NCBI RefSeq assembly: GCF_004349055.1
Contig: NZ_SMKX01000014.1
Coordinates: forward strand, 42,267-82,266
Direction: 5' to 3'
Origin: Kribbella antibiotica
GTDB taxonomy: Bacteria; Actinomycetota; Actinomycetes; Propionibacteriales; Kribbellaceae
Length of the DNA: 40,000 nt
This document shows, one piece after another, positions 26,931 to 35,131 of this stretch; within the stretch, counting starts at the first letter, position 1, and each line of letters opens with the position of its first letter. The notes below the pieces were generated by a model that searched no databases, was not told the DNA's origin, and was given only the letters and a program-made list of their open reading frames with translations. The position numbers and the translations under genes are program-made.

Positions 26931-27372
26931 TCCTCCGTGGTGTGCCGTGGCCGAGACTCTGGCGGGCCCCTCGTCGGCCAGGTGCCTACCGAGGAGCGCG
27001 GCGGCCGCCCCGTGTCCAGTTGCCGGCGGCCGAGCGCAGCGAGTCTGGATGCGGGGGTGTGCTGGCCTGTCCACCTGAGCGACGAGAGACCCACCACACG
27101 GACTCTCAGAAGGAGGGTCGGGGCGGGGCGGAGCCCGGGTCCTTTATTTCCCTCACCGGTAGCTCCTCGACTGACGTGGCGCGAAGCGGATCCGCGCTAC
27201 CAGCCAAGTTCGGCGTACGGCGTACAGCTCAGGTAGTTGTCGAGACCGGCCCGTGGGTAAGGCACCATCTCGGCGGCGACCAAGTCTCCTCACCGAGGAG
27301 CCACGAGAACGGTAACGGGGTAGCCCAGCACTCCCGAAACTCAGTCCAGCCCCGGGAGCGCTCGGGTGGCCC

Positions 27373-28719
27373 TCAGGAGACGAGCAGCGCCAGTACATCC
27401 TGGCGGATCTGGGTCATGCTGGGTTCGTCGGCTGCTTCGACGTTGAGGCGTAGGAGCGGTTCGGTGTTGGAGGGGCGCAGGTTGAACCAGGCACCTTCGG
27501 CCAGAGTGATGGTGAGGCCGTCCAGCCGATCGGCGGCGGCGCCGTCCGCGGTGTAGTGCGTTTCGACGCGGTCGAGGACGGCTGGCACGTCGATGATCGT
27601 GTTGTTGATTTCGCCGCTGGCGGTGTAGCGGGAGAACTGGCCCGCCAGCGCCGAAAGCGGTTGGGTAGTCTCGCCGAGAGCGGCCAGTACGTGTAGTGCG
27701 GCCAGCATGCCGGTGTCGGCGCGCCAGAACTCACGGAAGTAGTAGTGGCCGGAGTGTTCGCCGCCGAAGACGGCGTCGTGTTCGGCCATGACCTGCTTGA
27801 TGAACGAGTGGCCGACTCGGGTGCGGATGGGTTTCCCGCCGTGCTCGGTGACTAGTTCGGCGACGGCTTTGCTGGTGATGACGTTGTAGACGATCGCGGC
27901 GCCGGCGTGGCGAGCCAGTTCGCGGGTTGCGATGAGGCTGACGACGGCGCTGGGAGACACTGCTTGACCGTTCTCGTCGACAAAGAAGCAGCGGTCGGCG
28001 TCACCGTCGAAGGCCAGGCCAACGTCGGCCTGGTGCTCACGGACGGCAGCGCACAGGTCGACGAGATTGGCTGGTTCCAGCGGGTTGGCCTCGTGGTTGG
28101 GGAAGGTGCCGTCGAGCTCGAAGTACAGCGGCACGATTTCGAAGGCGGGGTGAACGAGTACGGCCGGTGCGGTGTGTCCGGCCATGCCGTTGCCGGCATC
28201 CACCACGATCTTCAACGGGCGACTGCCCGCGAGGTTGACCAGGCTGTGCAGGTACTTGGCATAGGGCTGCAGCAGGTCTTCTGAGCGGGTGGTTCCGGCA
28301 GGGCCGTCGTAGGTGGGCAGTCCGGTCTCGAGCAGGGTCCGGATTTCGGCCAGGCCGGTGTCTTGTCCGACCGGGGCTGCTGCGGCGCGGCAAAGTTTGA
28401 TGCCGTTGTAGCCGGCGGGGTTGTGGCTGGCGGTGATCATCGCGCCGGGGACATCGCGGGTGCCGGAGGCGTAGTACAGCAGATCGGTGGAGGCCAGCCC
28501 GATGGCCAGCACGTCGCTGCCCCTGCTGTTCGCGCCAGCGGCGAAGGCTGCGGCCAGTTCGGGTGAGGACTCACGCATGTCCTGGCCGACAGTGATCAGT
28601 TCCGCACCGGTCAGGTGCGCGAAGGCGGCACCGATCTGGAAGGTCAGCTCGGCGTCGAGCTGGTCCGGGACGGTGCCGCGGATGTCGTATGCCTTGATCA
28701 GGCTGGTGAGGTCTCGCAT
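27373..28719 (-). CDS. phosphomannomutase/phosphoglucomutase (alpha-D-phosphohexomutase family)
   Basis: Start at ATG 28717-28719 (MRDLTSLIKAYDIRGTVPDQL...). Active-site loop GAMITASHNPAGYNGIK, metal loop AFDGDADRC, sugar loop GGEHSGHYYF. Confidence 0.9.
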   Translation of the reverse strand: MRDLTSLIKAYDIRGTVPDQLDAELTFQIGAAFAHLTGAELITVGQDMRESSPELAAAFAAGANSRGSDVLAIGLASTDLLYYASGTRDVPGAMITASHNPAGYNGIKLCRAAAAPVGQDTGLAEIRTLLETGLPTYDGPAGTTRSEDLLQPYAKYLHSLVNLAGSRPLKIVVDAGNGMAGHTAPAVLVHPAFEIVPLYFELDGTFPNHEANPLEPANLVDLCAAVREHQADVGLAFDGDADRCFFVDENGQAVSPSAVVSLIATRELARHAGAAIVYNVITSKAVAELVTEHGGKPIRTRVGHSFIKQVMAEHDAVFGGEHSGHYYFREFWRADTGMLAALHVLAALGETTQPLSALAGQFSRYTASGEINNTIIDVPAVLDRVETHYTADGAAADRLDGLTITLAEGAWFNLRPSNTEPLLRLNVEAADEPSMTQIRQDVLALLVS

Positions 28720-29741
28720 GAGGTCTTGGTCCTTAGCTTGTCGATGAGCAGGCTGCACTCCACGCCCCGAGATTCGGTGTCGTCCAACACCAGATACTGC
28801 ACAGGCAAGGTATCCAGTGCGCTGACCACGGTCGGCACCCGGTCGGTTGGTACCAGCGCGAACAGGCATCCGCCGTGTCCTGATCCGGTGAGCTTCGCTC
28901 CGTGGGCTCCCGCTTCCAGGCTGGCGGTGACGCAGCGGTCGATCAGCGGGGTCGAGCACCCCATGTATTCGGTGAGGAGTTGATGGCTGCGGCTGATGAG
29001 CCCGCCAAGGTAGGCGTAGTCGATGCCCGGAGCTGTCACAGCGGCCGCTATCTCCTCGACCAGTGGCGGGGCAAGGTCGCGGTAGGCCAGCATCCGGTCT
29101 TCTCCGGCTGCGAGCCTGTCGCGTTTGCTGACCAGCGCGCTCGCCGTGGTTCGCCGCTGCAGGGTGTCGATCAGCACCACCTGCACGCCGAGGGTCGGCG
29201 CCAGCAGGTGGGTGGCGGGAGGTGTGGATGCTTCGACTCGGCGCAGGCCACCGTAGGTGCAGGCGAGGAAGTCCATCCAGCCGGCTCCGGAACCAACCAG
29301 GGCCTCGGCGCTGTGTGCGAGCCCAGCCAGCCGCGCCAGGTCAGGTACCGCTGCTTCGGCGGCGGTGAGAAGTGCTGCGGATGCTGCGACGGTGACCGCG
29401 GCACTGGAGGAGACCCCGGCGCCTACGGGTGCGGAGGTCTGTGAGACCAGCCGTGCGCCGGAACCGTCGGTGAGGATCTGGAGCGCGCAGGCCTGGAGGT
29501 AGTCCAGTTTGTCGCCGCTCAACCGCCCGAGCCGGCGCGCTGCGATCCTGCGGTGGGCGTTGACGGGGTGTTTCGCGATCAGCTCGACCGATCGGCTGTG
29601 CGGATCGATGGTGGCGGTGACCTCGGTTCGCAGCCCGATCGCTGCGACCACGGACGGGCCGCCGATCATCCAGTCCAGGCTTTCCCCGGCCAGGCAGATA
29701 CGCGCGGGCACGGTAGCCCGGGCTGTTGAGGCCTCAGGCAT
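28698..29741 (-). CDS. GHMP-family kinase (sugar/polyol-phosphate or mevalonate-kinase-like)
   Basis: 347 aa. ICLAGESLDW, the GHMP motif II SAPVGAGVSSSAAV, and a C-terminal GAHGAKLTGSGHGGCLFAL motif III. Confidence 0.85.
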   Translation of the reverse strand: MPEASTARATVPARICLAGESLDWMIGGPSVVAAIGLRTEVTATIDPHSRSVELIAKHPVNAHRRIAARRLGRLSGDKLDYLQACALQILTDGSGARLVSQTSAPVGAGVSSSAAVTVAASAALLTAAEAAVPDLARLAGLAHSAEALVGSGAGWMDFLACTYGGLRRVEASTPPATHLLAPTLGVQVVLIDTLQRRTTASALVSKRDRLAAGEDRMLAYRDLAPPLVEEIAAAVTAPGIDYAYLGGLISRSHQLLTEYMGCSTPLIDRCVTASLEAGAHGAKLTGSGHGGCLFALVPTDRVPTVVSALDTLPVQYLVLDDTESRGVECSLLIDKLRTKTSCETSPA

Positions 29742-30597
29742 CGGCGCTCACCCGCCGGGTCTCGGGCAGTGGCTGGGTGCAGGACCTGCACGCCGGTGAC
29801 AGTGACCAGTCCGCGCGGGCATGCGCGGCCCGGTAGCCGCTCATCTGGTCACCGGTCCACAATTCGGTGAACGAGGCCTCGGTCAGGTCGCCGATGACGT
29901 AGCCGGCGTGGTCGTCGAGGTCGGGATAGACGCAGCAGCACATCTTCAGCCGGCCCCGGAAGTCGATGCTGGCGCTAGTTGCGGTCATCCAGCACGCCTC
30001 GATGCGGGGTGAGGCGAGCATCGGCAGTTGGGTGACGGTTCCGCCGCGGTTGTTGTAGGCGGCAATGATGTTCGGGCCGATGACCTCAACCTTCACCTCA
30101 CCGCGCTGCCAGACCAGCGCGAGGCCCTGCCGCACCACACGCTCCTCCCACGGCCACTGCGCCAGCCCGGCACGCCGGGCCCACGTACGCAGCGACTCGT
30201 ACGACGCGGGTGTCTCGGCACGGTGGGGGTAGCGAGTCACCCGCAGGTACTGCACCCCGGCCGCGAGCAGCCGCGTCAGCATCGGCTCGCGCAGCACGTC
30301 ACCATTGGTGTAGATCGCAGGCTTGGCCCTCGGTAGCACCTGACCGACATGGTCCAGCTCGTCGAATACCCGAGGGTTGAGCAGGGGTTCGTTGTAGTTG
30401 TGGTTGGCCAGCCAACCGTCATAGCCCATCGCGCCCAGTTCGCCGGTGATCTTGGCGAACAGATCCCAGTCCATCAGCTCCTGGTCATGGCGAAGTGATC
30501 CTTCGCCGTTGGGACACCACCCGCAGGTCCGGTTGCAGCGGCGGCTGGTCTCCAGTTCCACATAACGCGGCAACGCCACGCCTGACCCGTTATCCAT
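29734..30597 (-). CDS. radical SAM enzyme with Cys-rich C-terminal (SPASM/twitch-like) extension
   Basis: Start at ATG 30595-30597 after GGAGAAG. CNRTCGWC (CX3CX2C) at aa 21-28. C-terminal cysteines: ...CWMT...KMCCCVYP...SPACRSC. Confidence 0.85.
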   Translation of the reverse strand: MDNGSGVALPRYVELETSRRCNRTCGWCPNGEGSLRHDQELMDWDLFAKITGELGAMGYDGWLANHNYNEPLLNPRVFDELDHVGQVLPRAKPAIYTNGDVLREPMLTRLLAAGVQYLRVTRYPHRAETPASYESLRTWARRAGLAQWPWEERVVRQGLALVWQRGEVKVEVIGPNIIAAYNNRGGTVTQLPMLASPRIEACWMTATSASIDFRGRLKMCCCVYPDLDDHAGYVIGDLTEASFTELWTGDQMSGYRAAHARADWSLSPACRSCTQPLPETRRVSADA

Positions 30598-30786
30598 CGT
30601 TGGCTTCTCCAAATGTCTTGTGCAGCAGCGGATTCCCGTTGCTGGTGAGCGGAACTGGTGAGCCCGGCTTCGCTGAGATGTGCAATGAGCCGAGTGCGGC
30701 GTGGTCGGAGACCGGGGCTGCCGCCGGACGCGGTCTATGGGTGGTCGCCAGACCGATCGACGTGTCGAGGGCATTCGCCGCGCGGG

Positions 30787-31094
30787 TCAAATGGTCAGGG
30801 GCTGGGATCGGTGCGGGGCGCTGGGGGCGCTGACCTCGTAGGTGGGGGCCAGGAGGTTGAACCTGACCCAGCGCGGCGCGAGCTGGTTCACGAGCTCGAT
30901 CGTTTGGTCGATCCCGAGGCCGTGGGCTTCGGCGTCGATGACGCCGGTGTTGAACCCGGCACCGGCGGCCGCGGTGGCGATGTAGACCATCCCGAGCACG
31001 GGGGGTGAAGCTGTTCACCGGGGGCGCAGTGAGTAGTCACGCAGTGGTGCGTTGACGAGCAGGAGGTCCAGCTGGCGGCCGGGGTCTCCTTCAT
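30787..31094 (-). pseudogene. N-terminal remnant of a cobalamin-binding (class B) radical SAM protein
   Basis: Joined across frames: ...QLDLLLVNAPLRDYSLRPR / VNSFTP / PVLGMVYIATAAAGAGFNTGVIDAEAHGLGIDQTIELVNQLAPRWVRFNLLAPTYE. This resembles the B12-binding N-domain pattern (LLxNPP...PxLGLxYxAA...G...xxD). Frame breaks sit around a C-run near 31005-31015, and the sequence ends after about 90 codons. Confidence 0.45.
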
Positions 31095-31173
31095 TCGACA
31101 CCTTGCGGGTCAGGCGTCAGCGGCCAAACCTCCTAGCTCGAGCAATCTCCGGCCGCCGCCGAAGCTTGACCGC

Positions 31174-31653
31174 CTAATCTTTCGCGAGAAGGGTCGAGGC
31201 CCAGCACGCGATGCCCTCCGCGCGACCCAATGCGCCCAGACCCTCCGCCCGTTTTCCTTTGACCGTGACCGGCGCGCCCACCACACCTGTCAAGCGTGCG
31301 CTCATCTCCACCCGACGATGCGAAAGAATCGGCCGTTCGCAGATCGTCACGCAGTCGACGTTTAACGGCCGCCAGCCTGAATTGGCAACGAGCGCCACAA
31401 TCTCGCGCAAAAGTTCAATGCTATCGGCCCCGACGCACCTTTCATCAGACTCAGGGAAGACTTCTCCCATGTCGCCCAGACCAGCCGGACCCAAGAGGGA
31501 GTCGCCAATAGCGTGGGCTATGACGTCCGCGTCGCTCAGCCCGACAAGCCCACACTCGCCAGGAAATTCGACGCCGCCGAGGATCAAGGGGCGACTTGCC
31601 CCGGCGCTGCTGAACGGGTGTACATCAAACCCAAGACCAGTTCGTATATCCAT
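31174..31653 (-). CDS. IspF-fold protein (2-C-methyl-D-erythritol 2,4-cyclodiphosphate synthase paralogue, divergent)
   Basis: 159 aa. GLGFDVHPF, LGGVEFP, SDADVIAHAIGDSLLGPAGLGDMGEVFPESD, GADSIELLREI and LGRAEGIACWA align without gaps to E. coli IspF. The His42 position is Leu, and KATTTE reads KGKRAE. Confidence 0.85.
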   Translation of the reverse strand: MDIRTGLGFDVHPFSSAGASRPLILGGVEFPGECGLVGLSDADVIAHAIGDSLLGPAGLGDMGEVFPESDERCVGADSIELLREIVALVANSGWRPLNVDCVTICERPILSHRRVEMSARLTGVVGAPVTVKGKRAEGLGALGRAEGIACWASTLLAKD

Positions 31654-31685
31654 GTGAAACTCCTCAACAATTGACGGCTCGGCCT

Positions 31686-32408
31686 CTAGCAGCAGTATCG
31701 CTCGACCGCGCGGCGATCGTCTTCATTGTCAACGTCCCGGACTCGATCGCAACGGTATGCGTATATCGAGACGTAACTCTTCCTGACGACAAACGGCAAG
31801 AAGTCACTGAGGCCGGTAGCACCTTCTGCGGCCGCCCCTGTTGCAAGCCCCAGGAGCGGACGATTGTAAAGAAGCACACCCTGGGATATCACCGGTTCTA
31901 ACGCGAGAGCTCGACCTATCTCAGCGATTCGGCCGCTAGGGTGAACACGAACTCCTTGCTCACTCCGTGAATCCTCCGGCCGCCTGTCTCGCACCCACTG
32001 AATCCCCGTCGCCTGAGCCTTCTCAAACGAGGAAATCCTGCTGAGAAATCTCACAAACTCACTCTCCGGAAACACAGCGTCCGCCAGAACTATCAGTACA
32101 CGCTCTGTTGTGACAGCGCCAAGGCCGGCGACCAAACTCTCGAGCGTGCCCGATGTAACGCATTCGACCGACGTTGTCGGTGTAGCTAAGTCCAGGTCGC
32201 GTACAAACCGACCCACGTCCGGATCAGTGGCCCGGCTCACGACCACCAGTGAGTCGAGGTCACCCCTATCCAGCAACCGCAAGAGCCGACCGATCATAGG
32301 CTCACCGCAGACAGGAACCAGAGGCTTTGGAGTACTCGGCCACGCCTCCTTCAGCCGAGTTCCCTCTCCAGCCGCAAGCACTACCCCAGTTATCGCGCCC
32401 TTCGTCAT
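31686..32408 (-). CDS. nucleotidyltransferase (NTP_transferase fold, LicC/RmlA-like)
   Basis: 240 aa. GVVLAAGEGTRLKEAWPSTPKPLVPVCGEPMIGRLL matches the LAAGxGTRL...PKPL signature of sugar-/alcohol-phosphate nucleotidylyltransferases. Confidence 0.8.
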   Translation of the reverse strand: MTKGAITGVVLAAGEGTRLKEAWPSTPKPLVPVCGEPMIGRLLRLLDRGDLDSLVVVSRATDPDVGRFVRDLDLATPTTSVECVTSGTLESLVAGLGAVTTERVLIVLADAVFPESEFVRFLSRISSFEKAQATGIQWVRDRRPEDSRSEQGVRVHPSGRIAEIGRALALEPVISQGVLLYNRPLLGLATGAAAEGATGLSDFLPFVVRKSYVSIYAYRCDRVRDVDNEDDRRAVERYCC

Positions 32409-33778
32409 TGCCCACCCTCCGCCCGGCCAAGGATCCGGGACTTCTCCGGGACAATACGCTCAGATATGTGCGCCATGAGATCCTCGATCATGGCTGGTTC
32501 ATAAACAGATGCGTTGTAGGTGGACACGAGCTCAAAGCCGCCGCCCGGGGCGTCTTCAACCAGTTCAAGCGCCAACCGATCGTTGTGGCTCGGGTCGGCA
32601 TCAGTATCTATCCAGAAGAACTCAACCTCCACGCCAGGAATGACCGGTGCCCTCTGGTGTCTGTACTGTGTAAGCAAGATGGACCGCGTTCCCAATATGT
32701 CGTCGACGCGGTGCGAAACAATTCGCTCCGCCAGATATTGATACGGGATCTTCGAATTCTTTAGCACCGCGAACAGCTCCGCCTGCGTTTGCTTGATGAC
32801 TTCGCCAAACCCAGGTCCAGGCGAGACGGGGAGCGAGAAGAGTATGCGATTGATGAAATACCCTATTGCTCGGTTAGCCGCCGCGGTAGAACGGCCGGAT
32901 ACAGTGATGAGCAAGTCTGGTGCACAGGCATCCCCTCGCTCCTGAAGTGCGGAGACCAGTGCTGCCGTGATCAACATGAATGGAGTTGCGACGTGGTCTC
33001 GGTGGCGTGACATTGCGGCCGCGACCTCGTCGGCAGAGTGACTCACGGCACTGTGCTTCATCTCTGCGGCTGTCGCTTCGCTCGTGCCTGATCCGCGGCT
33101 TGGACTCGCGACAAGATGATCGCTGGCTCGCCAGCGTCCCTCCCAGAACTGGAGCGATTCCTCAGCCCTCGATGTTCGAAGAAAGCGATCTTCCTCAAGT
33201 GCGAATGCAGCCTGACCCCAATCGGCCGTTCTCTCCGAGACGCCCGGCGATCGATGAACGAGATGGTATCGGTATGCAGTCGACAGCTCATCGAGGAACA
33301 CACTGACCGATTGGCCATCGAAAACAACATGGTCAGCCGAGAAGCCCACCAAGCAACGGTTCGGCAACTGACAGACGACTGCGCGGACGAGTGGGGGTGC
33401 GTCCAGATCGAAAGGCTTCCCCAACTCAGCTGACAGCAGATCCTCAGCGCAACGCGAGTCCCCACCTTCGGCCAGGTTCAACACCTGCAGCGGCCATTCG
33501 AACTCGGTCCGCGAAACACACGCTGCAAAGCACGAATCTGTACCGGCTGGAAAGAATTGGCGCAGGCCGTCGTGCCTCCGACCAATGACATTCAAAGCGG
33601 CCTGCAGTGCACCCACGTCGAAGGCCCCAGATATCCGTAGACCGAACGTTACCGGGGGCTTTCGGACAGGCGTCGGTCGGCGATACTGCTCGATGCGGGT
33701 ACGCTGATTGAACGATGTGTACGTAGGGCCTCCGGGCGGCCGGCTATCAGTCGCACTGTCGTGTCCTGGCGATGTCAT
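32405..33778 (-). CDS. stand-alone NRPS-type condensation (C) domain protein
   Basis: 457 aa. SADHVVFDGQS corresponds to the HHxxxDG core as DHxxxDG (second, catalytic His kept). ATGA overlaps at both ends (33775-33778 and 32405-32408). Confidence 0.8.
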   Translation of the reverse strand: MTSPGHDSATDSRPPGGPTYTSFNQRTRIEQYRRPTPVRKPPVTFGLRISGAFDVGALQAALNVIGRRHDGLRQFFPAGTDSCFAACVSRTEFEWPLQVLNLAEGGDSRCAEDLLSAELGKPFDLDAPPLVRAVVCQLPNRCLVGFSADHVVFDGQSVSVFLDELSTAYRYHLVHRSPGVSERTADWGQAAFALEEDRFLRTSRAEESLQFWEGRWRASDHLVASPSRGSGTSEATAAEMKHSAVSHSADEVAAAMSRHRDHVATPFMLITAALVSALQERGDACAPDLLITVSGRSTAAANRAIGYFINRILFSLPVSPGPGFGEVIKQTQAELFAVLKNSKIPYQYLAERIVSHRVDDILGTRSILLTQYRHQRAPVIPGVEVEFFWIDTDADPSHNDRLALELVEDAPGGGFELVSTYNASVYEPAMIEDLMAHISERIVPEKSRILGRAEGGQ

Positions 33779-35112
33779 CGGGCTCGCCCCAGCGTGTTGG
33801 ATGAAGCGTCACCAGGTGGCAGTGGCCCGCCCAGTTCCCGGTACCAAGCTCGTGCGGTGCCTGGTTCGATCCCGAATACCTCGTCGAGGTGTCGGCGTGC
33901 GGTCAGTAGATGCCGGTCGAGTTCACTCGCGGTCCCCGCGCGCAGGGTAATGTTCGCCATTCGGTAGCCGCATTCTTCTGGCGTCTGCCCGTAAAGGGCC
34001 ACAGCGTCTACGCCCGCGACGCCCGGTAGTCTTCTCAGCTGCGCCGCAGACACATGAGTCTTGACCTCACTGTGTCGATCGGCCAGTGGTGGGAACAAGC
34101 CTGCCGCCCAGCCCCGGGCCGGTGAAGTCGGAGAACTCGGGACACGCGCGATGGCGAGACTTAGGGCGGATCGTACGAGGTCGTGTCCGTTCGTGAGCTT
34201 GAGAAGGCGATTTAGATGGCCCCCAACTCGTCCGTTGATCTCGATGATTTCTGGCCCGTTGGGAGTGAGCTTGACCTCGGTGTGCGTCATCCGCCACCGC
34301 ACGCCTAGGACGCGCAGCGCGGATGACACAAGACGTGCAACAGCTTCGCGCTCCTGAGCCGGAAGGCGGGATGGGGTGATGTCGCCAGTGACATGGATCG
34401 CATCTGCGCCGTCCTGAGCCGCGCGATGAATGATCTCGACCGGTGTCTTGTCGAAGATCGCGACGTGGCGGTTGGAGTCGGCGGTGTTGACTGTCTCGAC
34501 GGACACAAAATCGGCGAGGACGGGGGAACTCGCCGGGTGAGCGCCGTTGGACAGCCTCGTCTCGAGCATCAGCCCTTGCCACTTCTCACGGTGCCGTAGC
34601 TGGTGGTTGATGTCGTCGGGGGAATTGATCATGGCAATGTGGCCGCCACCAACTCCGCGGCGGGGTTTGAGGACCGCCGGTAGACCGACATGCTGTGCGG
34701 CGAGCTGTAGCTGGGCTGGTGAGTCGACCTTGAGGGCACGCACTCGTGTGAGGCCGGCGGCGGCGAGCCGGTTGCGCTGGACGAGCTTGTCCCACGGTTG
34801 AGTCTGGTCGGCCGGTCCGGGCAAACCATGTTCGGCGGCGGTAGCGTCCACGGCGTCGAGTGCGTCGTCGTGGAAGGTTGTAATTCCGTCTAGAGCAAGG
34901 GCGCCGACGGTCTCGCTGAGGCCAGCTTTGTGGACGATGTGAACCTCGGCGAGCAACCTGGCCGTCGCGGCGATGTCCGGGTGAGCGCTGACCGTCGCTT
35001 GATGGAACAGAAATACCGGCTGGCACAGGTCTACCGCAGCGCGGCAGACGTCGGGCAAATTGGCCGCCCCATAGGGTAAGTGAACGATGCCGACCCGCGG
35101 CAAAGTCTTCAT
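33775..35112 (-). CDS. ATP-grasp ligase
   Basis: Start at ATG 35110-35112 after AAAGGAGG. GLPAVLKPRRGVGGGHIAMINSPDD and PEIIEINGRVGGH are typical ATP-grasp elements. The longer track ORF overlaps the upstream gene. Confidence 0.8.
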   Translation of the reverse strand: MKTLPRVGIVHLPYGAANLPDVCRAAVDLCQPVFLFHQATVSAHPDIAATARLLAEVHIVHKAGLSETVGALALDGITTFHDDALDAVDATAAEHGLPGPADQTQPWDKLVQRNRLAAAGLTRVRALKVDSPAQLQLAAQHVGLPAVLKPRRGVGGGHIAMINSPDDINHQLRHREKWQGLMLETRLSNGAHPASSPVLADFVSVETVNTADSNRHVAIFDKTPVEIIHRAAQDGADAIHVTGDITPSRLPAQEREAVARLVSSALRVLGVRWRMTHTEVKLTPNGPEIIEINGRVGGHLNRLLKLTNGHDLVRSALSLAIARVPSSPTSPARGWAAGLFPPLADRHSEVKTHVSAAQLRRLPGVAGVDAVALYGQTPEECGYRMANITLRAGTASELDRHLLTARRHLDEVFGIEPGTARAWYRELGGPLPPGDASSNTLGRAR

Positions 35113-35131
35113 CGCGTCCTCCTTTGGTCTG

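Noticed and set aside
28698-29741. GHMP kinase interpreted as IspE, completing an IspDEF-like trio
   Set aside because: Its length (347 aa) and motif II (PVGAGVSSSAA) fit mevalonate/galacto/heptose-kinase-like GHMP members better than IspE (GxGLGGGSSDAA). It also lies in the separate native-GC module. Kept only as a remote idea.
31174-32408. NTase + IspF adjacency interpreted as the housekeeping ispD-ispF pair of the MEP pathway
   Set aside because: The NTase carries the LAAGxGTRL...PKPL signature of LicC/RmlA-type enzymes rather than IspD. The IspF-like protein lacks the third Zn ligand. Both sit in a lower-GC NRPS-like operon. This cannot be excluded without the whole genome.
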